NCBI RefSeq assembly: GCF_009914755.1
Contig: NC_060932.1
Reading direction: 5' to 3' (one strand)
Length of the DNA stretch: 64,000 bases
Origin: the human T2T-CHM13v2.0 reference genome, Homo sapiens
Positions 47,894 to 61,870 of this stretch are shown piece by piece. Position 1 is the first letter of the stretch, and every line of letters starts with the position of its first letter. Made by a program: the position numbers and the translations under genes. Under the pieces are notes generated by a model. It was given only the letters and a program-made list of their open reading frames with translations. It was not told the DNA's origin and did no database searches.

Positions 47894-49600
47894 CTTATTT
47901 AAGCAAGTTCCTTAAATAAAGCTGCTTCTGGTGAACTGCATTCCTTGCAGCCTCATGGAAAAAAATCTCTCATGATTACTCCCCAAGAGATGATGTTTCC
48001 TCTGGTTTAGGATGCTACAGGCTCTGAACATTTTCTGTCTGTCATGTCTTTTATGCTATACGTCTCAAGTGTTTTCATTTTCTCCACTAGTAGTTTCAGG
48101 AAGACTGAGCTGATTAACCTACCTGAGAGGTTTCTTTTCTTCTGCCAAGTAGGATCATGATGTTGGCAGGATCTGAGTTCTTTCTGTTTACGTTTCCATT
48201 GCTCTCAGGCCCAGACATTTTACTAGTATATTCTGCTAGATTGTGGTTAATAGAGTTTTCCATGGTGAGATATATGAAAATAGCAGGTTCTGGGTCTGTC
48301 GAAAATAGCAGGTTCTGGGTCTGTCAAAAATATCTGCTGTTCAAACATATTTTGTCTACAGTCAAGCTTCCTGGGAAGATGATCCATCCCAGAAGATACC
48401 CCTCCATCACCCAACATCTATAATGCGCTCAGTACATATTATAGTTCTTCTGTCCACACCCCTCCAATATAAATGATCTTTTCTGTGCCTTACCTCGAGT
48501 CCTAACCAAAAATTGCTTGGGGATGTTTCTTCAGGGAACGGTGTATAATACATCATCACCTTAAGTCACCTCCTTTTTTTTAGTTTTTTATGCTGCTCTG
48601 CCCCACGTTTGCCCTCAAATTTGTTCTAATATTGTGTAACCAAGTCATACAGTTGTCTCAATATTTGCTTGGAGAGTTGGTTTCTCCTAACACTTATGAG
48701 ACAGTTTGCAGCATTTGGACGCACCCTCTCAGAAATTACTCTAGTCTACTGAGATCCTGCCTTGCTTCCTCTCTAAATTTTGTCAGGCTCCAGTTACTCT
48801 TTTTGATATAGCAACAGTGAAAGCACAACCCCTTTTCTGAAACCTTCTGAGAACAGGTAGACCATCTACCTTTGTCTCTCCTTACAGGTCTTGTTTCCCC
48901 TTTACATCTATTGATCCAAACCAATAAAACCGCAACCTTTCTCATAAGGAAATCCTTTGTTTCCTTCAGGTAAATATTCCTAAATTTCTTTATTCTTGTT
49001 ATTCTGATGCACTTACTCTTATACTAAGTTTGAAGCATACTCTTAAACCCATGGCTTCCTGAGCAAAGCTGATTCTTGAGACGCAGTCCTCCAAACACAG
49101 GCTTCCTAGACTTCGGTGTCATAATAGCTTCATTGAGGTATTTTTCTACGTCAACCCAAAAAGGGGCCATTTTTTATAAGAAGGCTCATGTCTTTTTGCA
49201 CATTTGTTAATAAAACTCTACTACCCTTCTGTGGGCAAGGATGCCTTTTAGGTCTCAAAATGGTCTAATACCGAGATCACAGTTTATTTTGATTAACAAA
49301 TCCATGACTAACTTAAAACTACAGTGTGGGGACTGGCTTTTAAAAGCCTATGTGGAAGCCATGTATATCCATGAATTAGCCCATCTTTAGACGCTGAATT
49401 CAGCCTAAAATAGTGCAAAAAGTGAATGCCAACCTACATCTGCACACATAACATAAAGCTCACTTACACACTAGTTCTTTAGTTTATACATAAAATTTAG
49501 TTGCACTAAATTCCTGGCCTGCAACCCTGGTTGACAAATTGTAAAAGGTGGGGTCAATAATTACCTTGACCTCTCCCAACCCATGATGCTCTTGTACTTA

Positions 49601-49735
49601 GCATTAGGAGATATACCTAATGTAAATGACGAGTTAATGGGTGCAGCACACCAACATGGCACATATATGCAACCTGCATGTAACAAACCTGCACGTTGTG
49701 CACATGTACCCTAGAACTTAAAGTATAATTTAAAA

Positions 49736-49767
<32 letters not shown>

Positions 49768-49776
49768 CTGTGTGTG
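49601..49776 (+). mobile_element. Very short L1PA 3' end followed by (TA)n(TG)n microsatellite
   Basis: gcattaggagatatacctaatgtaaatgacgagttaatgggtgcagcacacc...cttaaagtataa. Confidence 0.92.
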
Positions 49777-50149
49777 AATCTTTCCCTCAGCTGCACTCTT
49801 TATGGAGGCCCTACATGCCCATCATCTGCTGATGCTCCATGTTCTTCAAAACAAAACTGTAGCAATTCATATTCTAAATCCAGCCCACACTGGGTGCCAT
49901 AACCCACCCACCTTTAGCTTAAGACCAACAGCTATAACATTGGCTGCATAAAAACCTGTGGGAAAAGGGGCCATAAATTAAGGGACTCATCGATGTCACA
50001 TAGCACATTGTCTAAGGCTGAAAGCTGTTTGCCAAAGAACAAGAGAGAATAGGTAAAACAAAACAAAAAACAATCACCATAATCACACTGCACTATATAG
50101 GCCACTGCTAACTTCTAAGGCATGGCCACCATGCCTGGCCAAACATTTC

Positions 50150-50805
50150 TTTAAGAACTGTAAGTAGAACTATCATACAATCCAGCAATCCCACTATTGG
50201 GTATTTATCCAAAAGAGAAGAAATCAGTATATCGAAGAGATACCAGCACTCACATGTTTATAGCACTCTTCACAATAGCAAACCTATGAAATCAACCAAA
50301 GTGTCAATAAAACATAAAGAAAATGTTGTATATATGCACAGTGGAATGTTTTCAGTCTTTGAAAAGTTAAATGTCATTTACAATGACATGGATGGATCTG
50401 GAGGTTATTATGCTAAGTAAAACATGCCAGGCGAGAAAGATAAATATTGTATGTTCTGATTCATTTGTGGGACCTAAAAAAGTTGACCTCATGAAGATAG
50501 AAAATAGAATTATAACTACCAGAGGCTGGGAAGGTGTGAGAGTGGAAGGGGGGATGAATAGAGGTTGGTTAATGGAGAAATAAATTCTAATGTTTGATAG
50601 CAGAGTATGGTGACTACAGATAGCACAGTATATTTCAAAGTAGCTAGAAGAGAGGACTTGAAATGTTACCAACACAAAAAAATTATAAATAAGCTGATTG
50701 ATACTTCAAATACTCATGACTTTATTCTACATTCTACGCATGTAATAAATAATCACATGTACCTCATAAATATGTAAAAGGTCATGAATAAATAAAATAA
50801 AAAAG
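50150..50805 (+). mobile_element. L1MA-type 3' end
   Basis: atccagcaatcccactattgggtatttatcc; TWMDLEVIMLS-like ORF2 tail; A-rich end. Confidence 0.85.
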
Positions 50806-51019
50806 CATTCTCAATACAAGTAAATGAAATCTGAGCAGGTCAGACATTAAACAGGTGTTTTCTGTATGGTGAGGTCTCTATATTTTAAACTTTAAGAATA
50901 TTTGCCTGAACCAAATCAACTCCTAGCATGATAAAAAAACAAAACATGTTGATGTATATAAGTACAGCCCCTCTATCCCTCTGCTGACAATGTTTATAAA
51001 TGTATGCATTTAAATAAAA

Positions 51020-52720
51020 AGTGAAAGACTTCCATGTCCTGGGCAGCTGCAGCAAAGCATAATATTGTTGCCCATCCTTGATGGCTTTGCATCATACCTT
51101 GATGCTGTTGCCTGTCAGGCCAGGGAATGAGTGGGGCCCAAGGCACTCTCTTGCTCTCTAAACAGGTTCCACCACCATTGCTGTAGGACTGAGGAACATT
51201 CAAGCCACACACCCCATGCTTTCCAGTTCCTCCAAAGACTGCCTGCCTGACCATTCTCACAGGGAGTTGAGACATGTGGCATAGTTGCAGTTGCCCTACC
51301 TGAGTGTTCCGTTGGTGGCCTGGAAGCAGTTTACCCCTTCTGATCACAACAGGTGCTAAAGCCTGAGTGGCCAAAGGACAAAACTACTGGGCTTATCCCA
51401 GTTCCCCAGGACTCAACACAATCACCCAGGGGCATGGAGATGAGATTTATGATGTGACCTCCAGCAGGGGAGGAATTCCCACTGTCAGAACACAGAGAAT
51501 ACTATGGTATGAATGTATGCTGTGTCATAGTAACTGGGCCCCCACTTTGGTCACGAGACTAAACCTAAAAGGGTGTGGTCACAGAGCCACAGTTTCTGGA
51601 ACTGTTCAACAATCTGAATGTAGACTGTTTGGGACCACCCTAAACATTCTGGCCTGCTGGCAGCAGGTGGACTCTGGAGGGAGACCTGCCAGGTCAGGGG
51701 TGTGGGAGTTGGGCGGATCCCACTGCCACCTGCTATGCTGAACACTCTGGGCCACTCTCTTCTTCTTCTCAGTGGGCTCTGTGGTGGAGAGACACCTCTA
51801 TTCCTCCCTGAAGGGTTGCGCCAGCAGCCTGGGAGCTGTGCCTAGACTGCTGCAACAGCTGGTACTTACGCCTGCCTTGAAGAGCCTGCTCACTGATATA
51901 CCAACCCATATATGGCTAGCATTGCCCACTCTAGCCACCTTGGCAGCAGAAAACTGGAGAGGGACCCCAGGAGCTCCACAGCCCTGCCCATCACTAAGAT
52001 ACCCTGGCACTTCTCTTGGTTTTAAAAGGCCAGGTAAAAATCTCACTGCCACCACTGAAGCTGCCTCTTTCTGGCAAGTACAGCCTACTGACTTTGATAC
52101 CAATCTGCAAAAACCATTACAACTTATGCTGACATGACTGCACAGCATTCAGCTAGCTCTTACAAGTGCCACCTACTGGTCTATAGGATGGACGGCAAAA
52201 TTCAAAATGATTCCTGCTGACAGAGTGCACACTGCTGTGAAAAACTATGAGCCTCCTCCCCATCTCTGCAAAAGACAGCAAGCCTATTCACATGCACAGT
52301 ACACCACTACTACATACTACAAAAAACCAGCATTTGAGAACACCACTACACAAAGGTTATCTACAACCAAGCAATTTATAGAAAGCTTAGCCCCCTAATA
52401 GCACAAAGAAGCAAAGCCAAAGAAATGCTACTTGACATATGAAATAGTCACACCCTTGGGAGGGTAAAATCCCATCTGAACAAAAGTGAATTCAAAAATA
52501 ATAAATGACAGCTTCTCCAGATTAAAAAAAAAAATCAGAATAAGAACTTTAGCACCATGAAAAACAGAGTGTTATAACACCCATAAGGATCACACTAGTG
52601 GTCTAGAAATGGGTCCTAAACAAAATAAAAATTCTGAAATGACAAATAAAGAAAATAACTTATGGCTTGTAAGGAAGCTTAATGAGATCCGAGAGCATTG
52701 AAAACCACCACAAAGAAATC
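51020..52720 (+). mobile_element. Older L1 5' UTR and ORF1 start (appears to continue at ~61350)
   Basis: GC-richer UTR then aattctgaaatgacaaataaagaa..aaggaagcttaatgagatcc (ORF1 N-terminal motif). Confidence 0.65.
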
Positions 52721-55574
52721 GGATAAACAATTTGGAAAGGGAGCCCCCACCCCCAGCCAAGAAAAGCAGTGAGTCAATGTGTGACCCCAGGGAAACCACA
52801 TTTCTCCCCTGGATCTTTGTAACTCTCCAATCAGGACATCACCCTGTGAGTCCACACCACAGGGGCCTTGGGTCCAACACACAAGAGCTGTGTGGAGTCT
52901 CAGCAGAGCAGCTGCTCAGGCACGCAGAGAGACCCAGGAACTTTACAGACTCTGAGCCCAGGATCCCTGACAAAGATGACTGCAACTCAGGCAAGGTCGA
53001 AGGTCCATACATATCCCTAGGAAGGGGGCTGAATCGAGGGAGCTGAGCAGCATCAGTCTGCAGGCCCCACTTCCATGGCACCTCGCAAGATTGTGGGCCC
53101 CACTTCAATGGCACCTCACAAGATAAGACCCATTGGCTTGGAATTCCAGCCAGCCACTAAAAACAGGGTGGAGCCTGCCTGAGACAGGATGGAGCCCCCA
53201 AGGGAGGGGCGCACTATCATCTTTTCTGTTTGATGAACTCAGCTGTTCCAGCCTGCAGGCTGTGGAGAATACCAAAAGTCCAGATAAGAAAAAGTACCCT
53301 CAGCGCAGCACAGCTGCTTTGCCACAACATGGTCAGACTGCTTCTTTAAGTGGGACTCCAATCCATTCCTCCTCACTGGATGGGACTTCCCAACTGGGGC
53401 TTTCAGCCACCCCCACCCTCCAGCCACCCCCTCCCACCCATATTCTATAGACAGAGTTCTGATCTCTCCTTGGGATGGGCTGCCACCTTGGTTATTTGGA
53501 CATCTCAGCCATTGCAGCCGTAGACCTATGGAGAGTCCATACCCAAAGGGGCGGAGGTGGTTTTGAAGCCTGGCATGATTGTTTTCTTGAGGTGTGGCCA
53601 AACTGCTTCTTTAAATGGGTCCCTGATCCACTCCTCCAGCCGCACCCACCTGTATATTACAGGCAGGGTTCTGATAGCTCTGAGAAAAAATGCTTGTGGG
53701 AAGGAGTGCGTCATCATCTTTGCTGTTTGGGTGACTCGGCCATTCAAGCCTGGGGGCTTTGGTGAGTCTAAGCAGACCAGGCCAAAAGTAATTACCCAGT
53801 ATAGTATGACTGTTTTGTTGAGGCATGGCCAGACTGCTTCTTTAAACAGGACCGAAATCCATTCCTCCTTGCTGGATCTCTCAGCCAAAGCCTCTAGCCA
53901 CTCCTGTTCATGTTCTATGGCAAACAAAGTTATAATTTCTCCCTCGGATGGAGTGCCTAAGGAGTGAAGCAGGCCACCACCTTTGCTCTTTGGGCATCTC
54001 AGCTGGTCCAACCTGTGGGCCTTAAAGAGTCCAAACCAATTGGGAGGCTGAAGGGATCCCCAATATAGCACAGCTGCTCTACAAAATATAGCCAGACTAC
54101 TTCTTTAAGTTGGTCCCCGATCCCTTTCCTTCTGACTGGGTGAGATGTTCCAACCCAGGTCTCCAGTCACCTCCTACAGGTGCATTCAGGCTGGAAAAAG
54201 ATCAGTAACCCCCGGGGATGAAGCTACCAGAGGAAGGAACAGGATGCCATCTTTGCTATTTCACAGGCTTCACTGGTGATACCTTCAGGTACCGGAAAAA
54301 CTGAGGCAACGAGGGTCTAGAATAGAACCCCAGCAAACTGCAGCAGCCCTACCAAATAGTGGCCAGCCTGTTAAAAGAAAAACAGACAACCAGATAAACA
54401 ACAACAAAAACACAAAACCCCCAAAGATCAGGAACCTCAAATATCGAAGGTAGGTAAGTCCACAAAGATGAGAAAGAATCAGTGCAAAAATAATAAAAGC
54501 TCAAAAAGCCAGAGTGCCCCTCTCCTTCAAAATGACAACACCTCTCCAGCAAGGATTCAGAACTTGGCTGAGGCTCAGATAGCTAAAATGACACACGTAG
54601 GCTTCATTCACAATGTGGATGAAAATGAACGTCACTGAGCTAAAAAAGCAAGTTGTAACCCATTGTAAGGAAGCTAAGAATCATGATAAAACAATGCAGG
54701 AGCTGACAGCCAAAATAGCCAGTACAAAGAGGAACATAACTGACCTGATAGAGCTGAAAAACACACTACAAGAAATTCACAATGCAATCACAAGTATTAG
54801 TAGCAGAATACACCAAGCAAAGGAAAGAATCTCAGAGCTTGAAGACTGGCATTCTGAAATAGGCAGGCAAGAAGACATAACAAAGAATAAAAAGGAATGA
54901 ACAAAACCTCAAAGAAATATGGGATTATACAGAGACTGAATCTATGACTAACTGGAGTACATGAAACAGACAGGGATAACAAAAACAATTTGGAAAACAT
55001 ATTTCAGGACATCACCGAGAAGAACTTCCCCAGTCTACCTAGACAGGCCAACATTCAAATTCAGGAAATGCAGAGACCCCAGTAAGATAATCCACAGAAG
55101 ATCGTCCCCAAGACACATAATCATCAGATTCTGCAAGGTCCAAATGAAGGAAACATATTAAGGGCAGCCAGAAAGAAAGGACACATCATCTACAGAGGGA
55201 AGCCCATCAGATGAATAGTGGAACTCTCAGCAGAAACCCTACAAGACAGAATAGATTGAAGGCCAATGTTCAGCTTTCTTAAAGAAAAGAAATTCCAATC
55301 CAGAATTTCATACATGGCCAAACTAACCTTCATAAGCAAAGAAGATATAAGATCCTTTGCAGACAAGCAAATGCTACAGGAATTCATTACCATCAGACCT
55401 GATTTGCAAGAGCTCATGAAGAAAGCACTGAATATGGAAGAGTAAAACTATTACCAGCCACTACAAAAACACACTGAAGTACACAGATCAGTGTCACTAT
55501 GAAGCAACCACATAAACAAGTCTACAAAATAATCAGGCAGCATCATGATGACAGGATCAAATTTACACCTAATA

Positions 55575-55864
55575 ATTTTTTTTTTTGGAGACAGTCTTGC
55601 TCTGTCGCCAGGCTGGAGTGCAGTGGCATGATCTTGGCTCACTGAAACCTCCAACTCCCTGGTTCAAGTGATTCTCTTGCCTCAGCCTCCCAAGTAGCTG
55701 GGATTATACGCATGCACCACCACACCCAGCTAATTTTTGTATTTTTAGTAGAGACGGGTTTTCACCATGTTGACCAGGCTGGTCTCGAACGCCTGACCTC
55801 GTGATCCACCTGCCTTGGCCTCCCAAAGTGCTGGGATTACAGGTGTGAACCACCGCGCCCAGCC
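55575..55864 (-). mobile_element. Alu (AluSg-like)
   Basis: Full reverse-complement Alu; near-TSD tacacctaata / tacacataata. Confidence 0.95.
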
Positions 55865-58211
55865 TACACATAATATTTTTAACCTTAAATGTAAACGGGC
55901 TAAATGCCCCAATTAAAAGACACACATTGGCAGGCCGGATAAAAAATCAAGACCCATTGGTACGCAGTCTTTAAGAGAGCCATCTCATGTGCAAAGACAC
56001 AAATAGGCTCAAAATAAAGGGATGGAGGAAAATTTACCAAGCAAATAAAAAGTTGAAAAAAGCAGGGGTTGCCATCCTAGTTTCTGAAAAAAACAGACTT
56101 AAAACCAAAAAAAGACAAAAAAGGGCATTACATAATGGTAAAGGGCTCAATTCAACAAGTGCTAACTATCCAAAATATGTATGAACCCAATACAGGAGCA
56201 CCCAGATTCATAAAACAAGTTCTTAGAGACCTAGAAAGAGACTTAGACTCCCACACAATAATAGTGGGAGACTTTAACACCCCACTGAAAATATTAGACA
56301 GATCATTGAGACAGAAAATTAACAAAGATATTCAGGAACTGAACTCAGCTCTAAATCAAGTGAACCTAATAGATATGTACAGAACTCTCCACCCCAAAAC
56401 AGAATATACATCCTTCTCATCGCCACATGGCACTTATTGTAAAACTGACCACATTATTGGAAGTAAAACACTCCTCAGCAAATCCAAAGAACTGAAATAA
56501 CAATAAACAGTCTCTCAGACAACAGCACAATCAAATTAGAACTCAGGATTAAGAATTTCACTCAAAACCATATTACTACATGGAAGGTGAACCACCTGCT
56601 TCTGAAAGGGTAAATAATGCACTTAAGGGAGAAATCAAGAAGTTCTTTCAAACTAATGAGAACAAATATACAATACACCTGGGAATCTCTGGGACACAGC
56701 TAAAGGAGTGTTAGAGGGAAATTTACAGCACTAAATGCCCACATCAAAAAGCCAGAAAGATCTCAAGTCAACAACCTAAATAACAACTAAAAGAATGAGA
56801 GAACCAAGAGCAAACAAACCCCAAAGCTGGAAGAAGGCAAGAAATAATCAAAATCAGGGCTGAACTAAAAAAGATAGAGACACGAAAAACCCTTTTAAAA
56901 ATCAACATATGCAGGAGCTGGTTTTTTGAAAAAATTATTAAAATAGACCACTAGCTAGACTAATGAAGAAGAAAAGAGAGAAGATTCAAATAGACAAAAC
57001 CAGAAATAATAAGAAGGATATCACCACTGACCCCACAGAAATACAAACAACTATCAGGGAATACTATAAACACCCCTATGCACATAAACTAGAAAATCTA
57101 GAAGAAACAGATAAAATCCTGGATACATACAACCTTCCAAGACTGAACCAGGAAGAAACTGAATCCCTGAATAGACCAATAATGAGTTCTGAACTTGAGG
57201 CAGTAATAAATGCCTACAAACAAAAAAAAAAAAAAAGCCCAGGACCAGATGAATTCACAGCTGAATACTACCAGAGGTACAAAGAAGAGCTGGTACCATC
57301 TGGAACTATTCCAAACAGCTAAACTCAATCTATGAGGCCAGTACACCAAAACCTGGCAGAGACATAACAAAAGAAAACTTCACTCCAATATTCTTGAAGA
57401 AGATTGATGCCAAAATCTTCAACAAAATACTGGCAAACTGAATCCACCAGCACTGCAAAAATGCTTATCCACCACAGCAAAAAGCTTATCCATCACAATC
57501 AAGCTGACTTCATTCCCAGGATGCAAAGCTGATTCAACACACACAAATCAAATGTGATTCATCACATACACCGAACTAGGTACAAAAACCACATGATTAT
57601 GTGAACAGATGCAGAAAATGCCTTTGATAAAATTCAACATGCTTTCATGTTAAAAACTCTCAGTAAACCAGGTATTAAAAGAACGTACCTCAAAATAAAA
57701 GCTTATATGACAAACTCACAGCCACTATTATAGTGAATAGGCAAAAGATAAAAGCATTCCCCTTGAAAACCAGCACAAGAGAAAGCTGCCCTCTCTCACC
57801 ACTCCTATTCAACATAGTATTGGAAGTTCTGACCAGGGCAATCAGGCAAGAGAAAGAAATAAAGGGTATTCAAATATAAAGAGAAGTCAAACTATCTTTG
57901 TTTGCAGATGACATGATTCTATTTCAATAGAACCCCGTCATCCCAGCCCAACAGCTTCACAGAAAAAGCTCATAAGCAACTTTAGCAAAGTCTCAGAACA
58001 TAAAAGCAATCTGCAAAAATCACCAGCATTCCCATACAACAACAGGCAAGCCAAGAGCCAAATCATAAATTAAATCTCATTCACAACTGCCACAAAAATA
58101 AAATCACTTTTGCTATGCTTTAGCAGAGACTGGCAGCATTTTTCCCCTAAACTAGAGAACTATGGATCTTGGAACTTCAGAGAGATTATTTGGAGTATCT
58201 TTGCAGAAGAA

Positions 58212-58516
58212 TTTTTTTTTTTTTTTTTTTTTTCTGAGAGACTTTTGCTCTGTCACCCAGGCTAGAGTGCCATGGTGTGATCTCATCTCACTGCAATCTC
58301 CGCTTCCTGGGTTCAAGCAATTCTCATATCTCAGCCTCCTGCATAACTGGAAATACAGGCATATGCCACCACACCCAGCTAATTTTTGTACGTTTTGTAG
58401 AGATACCGTTTCCCCATGTTGGTCAGGCTGGTCTCAAACTCCTGACCTCAAGTGATCCAACCACCTCAACCTCCAAAACTGTTGGGATTACAGGCAAGCG
58501 CCACCGTGCCCATCCC
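58212..58516 (-). mobile_element. Alu (AluS) in MaLR internal
   Basis: Full reverse-complement Alu; TSD agaagaa(a)ttt. Confidence 0.93.
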
Positions 58517-58562
58517 AGAAGAAATTTCTAAGCAGCAAATCATTCAAGATATAACCTGGCTG

Positions 58563-58853
58563 TTTATTTATTTGAGACTGCGTATAGCTCTGTCACCCAA
58601 ACTGGAGTGCAGTGGCGTGATCTTGGCTCACTGCAACCTCCACCTCTCAGGTTCAAATGATTTTCCTGCCTCAGTCTCCTGAGTAGCTAGGATTACAGGC
58701 ACGTGCCACCACACCCAGCTAATTTTTGTGTTTTCAGTAGAAACGGGGTTTCACCATGTTAGCCAGGCTGGTCCCGAACACCTGATCTCGTGATCCACCC
58801 ATTTCGGCCTTCGAAAGTGCTGGGATTACAGGCGTGAGCCACCACACCCGGCC
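58563..58853 (-). mobile_element. Alu (AluS) in MaLR internal
   Basis: Full reverse-complement Alu; near-TSD ataacctggctgttt / atgacctgactgttt. Confidence 0.93.
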
Positions 58854-61573
58854 ATGACCTGACTGTTTCTTAACGTGTATAGTCATGTGTCTTCACAAAG
58901 AGATGGTCTGAAATTGGAATTTACATTTTAAAAAAAAAACAGAGCATAAAAATTTGGAAAACTTGCAGCCTGACCATGTGTTGGGGAAAAAATGCACTTT
59001 CTGGGGAGATATTCAAGATAGTGGCTGTAGAAATTTGCATAAGAGAAGGTGAATGTTAATAACCAAGACAATGGGAAAAAATGTCTTCAGGGCATTTCAA
59101 GATCTTCATGGCAGCCCCTCCCATCAAAGGCCTGAAGGCCTAAGAGAAAAAAAATAGTTTTCTTGACTGTGCCCAGGATCTCACTGCTTTGTGCAGCTTT
59201 GGGACATGGAGCCCTGTGTCCCAGCTGCTCCAGCTCCAGCTGTGGCTAAAAGAGGCCAAGGTACAGCTCAGACACTGGCTTCAGAGGGTGCAAGTCCCAA
59301 GCTTTGGTGGCTTCTACATGCTGTTAAGCCTGTGGGTGCATAGAAGGCAACAATTTAGGAGCCTCTACCTAGATTTCAGAGGATATATGGAGGTGCCTGG
59401 ATGTCCAGGCAGAAGTCTGCTGCAGGGACAAAGCTCTCATGGAGAAGCTCTACTAGGGCAGTGCAGACGGGAAATGTGGGGTTGGAGATGTCACAGACAG
59501 TCCCCACTGGAGCACTGCCTCATGGAGCTGTGAGAAGAGGGCCACCATATTCCAGACCCCAGAATGGTAGATCCACTGACAGTTTGCACCATAAACTGGA
59601 AAAGCCGAAGGCACTCAGTGCTAGTCCCAGTAAGCAGCAACAGGGGCTGTACCCTGCAGAGCCACTGGGGTGAAGCTGTCCAAGGCATTGGGAGGCCATG
59701 CCTTGTGTCAGTGTGGCATGGAGTCAAAGGAGATTATTTTGGAGCTTTAAGATTTAATGACTGCCCTGTTGGGTTCTCCAATTGCATGGGGCCTGTAACC
59801 TCTTTGTTTTGGCCAATTTCTCGCATTTGGAATGGGAGCATTTACCCAATGCCTGTACTTCCATCATATCTAAGAAATAACTAACTTGTTTTTTTATTTT
59901 ACATGCTCATAGGTGAAAGGAACTTGCCTAGTCTCACATGAGACTTTGGACTTGGATGTTTGAGTTAATGCTGGAATGAATTAAGAGTTTGGGGGACTGT
60001 TGGGAAGGTGTGATTATTTTCAAATGTGAGGAGGACCTGAGATTTGGGAGAATCCAGGAGTGGAATAAGGTTTTGCTCTGTGTCCCCACCCAAATCTCAT
60101 GTCAAATTGTAATTCCCACATGTCAGGAAAGAGACCTAGTGGGACATAACTGGATCATGAAGGTGGTTTTCCCCATGCTGTTCTCATGATAAGTGAGTTG
60201 TAATGAGGTCTAATGGTTCAAACGTGTGTGGCAGTTCCCCCTTTACTCTCTATCTCCTGCCACCAGGTAAGATGTGCCTTGCTTCCCCTTCACCTTCTGC
60301 CATAATTGTAGGTCTCCTGAGGCCTTCCAAGCCATGCATAATTGTGAGTCAATTAATCCTCTTTTCTTTAAAAATTACTTGGTCTCAGGTATTCTTTATA
60401 CACATGTGTAAACAGAATAACATGTTGCCCAAAGCAATTAATCGATTCAATGCTATTCCCATTAAATTACCACTGACATTCTTCACAGAATTAGAAACAA
60501 ACTATTTTAAAATTCATATGAAACCAAAAAGAGCCCAAATAGCCAAGGCAATCCCAAGCAAAAAGACAAATAAAAGCTGGAGGCATCACACTACTTGACT
60601 TTATACTACAGGGCTATAAAAACAAAAATAGCATGGTACTGGTACAAGAACAGACACACAGACAAATAGAACAGAATAGAGAACCCAGAAATAAGACCAC
60701 ACAACTACCACCATCTGATCTTTGACACACTTACGAAGAATGAGCAATGGGGAAAGGATTCCCTATTTAACAAATGGTGCTAGGAGAACTGGCTAGCCAT
60801 ATGCAGAAAATTGAAACTGGAAACCTTCCTTACACCATATACAAAAACCAACTCCAGATAGATTAAAGATTTAAATGTAAAACCCAAAAACTGTAAAAAC
60901 TCTAGAAGAAACCCTAGGCAATACCATTCAGGACACAGGCATAGGCAAAGATTTCATGATGAAGACCAACTGCAACAAAAGCAAAAGCAGATGAATAAGA
61001 TCTAATTAAATTAAAGAGCTTCTGCACAGTGAAAGAAACTATCAACAGAGTAAACAGAAAAGCTACAAAATGGGAAAAAAACTTTTTCAATCTACCCATC
61101 TGACAAAGGGTCTAATATCCAGCACTGGATAGTGCTCCCAGTACTAATATCCAGCACACTAGAACCTGTAGGACGGAAGGAGGTGGGAAAAGGGAAAGGA
61201 TCAGGAAGAATAGCTAATGGGTGCTAGACTTAATACCTGGGTTATGAGATGATCTGTGCAACAAATCAACATGGCATATGTTGATCTATGTAACAAACCT
61301 GAATATCCTGCACATGTACCCCTGAATTTAAAATAAAAGTTAAAAATTAAACACAATGAAACACCAAAAAACAATTTAAAATGTGAAAGGAAAGACAGAT
61401 TTTAAAAAACAGAACTTCTGAAAATGCATGCAAAGTTAAACAGAGTCAAAAGTTTTCACAACATCCTAGACCAAGCAGAAGAATTTTAGAATATAAAGGC
61501 TGATCTTTCAAATTCACCTACTCACACAAAAATTTTTTTAAAAAAGTATTTTTAAAAATGAACAAAGCCTTTG

Positions 61574-61870
61574 GGCCAGGCACATTGGCTCATGCCTGTA
61601 ATCCCAGCACTTTGGGAGGCCGAGGTGGGCCAATCACCTGAGGTCAGGAGTTCAAGACCAGCCTGACCAATATGCAGAAACCCCGTCTCTGCTGAAAACA
61701 CAAAATTAGCCAGGCATGGTGGTGCACACCTGTAACCCCAGCTACTCAGTAGGCTGAGGCAGGAGAATCACTTGAACCCAGGAGGCGGAGGTTGCGGTGA
61801 GCTGAGATCACGCCATTGCACTCCAGCCTGGGCAACAAGTTCAAAACTCCATCTCAACAACAATAATAAA
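61574..61870 (+). mobile_element. Alu (AluSp/Sq-like)
   Basis: Full Alu; TSD atgaacaaagcctttg. Confidence 0.95.

Larger units (their letters stand above)
58105..60420 (+). mobile_element. THE1D/MSTA-like MaLR: internal region plus 3' LTR (~60062-60420), 5' LTR absent
   Basis: Internal motifs (gaagaaatttctaagcagcaaa, SRPQNGRSTDSLH); LTR ctctgtgtccccacccaaatctcat...gtctcaggtattctttata. Confidence 0.88.
52725..61345 (+). mobile_element. Near full-length mid-age L1PA (roughly L1PA8-12), degenerate and interrupted
   Basis: 5' UTR with internal repeats, ORF1 ~54468-55510, ORF2 fragments ([24 protein letters not shown], tttgcagatgacatg), resumes at ~60420, 3' end at ~61345. Confidence 0.88.

Noticed and set aside
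51367-54071. Cluster of 100-180 aa ORFs on both strands
   Set aside because: GC-richer L1 5' UTR sequence with few stop codons, not coding
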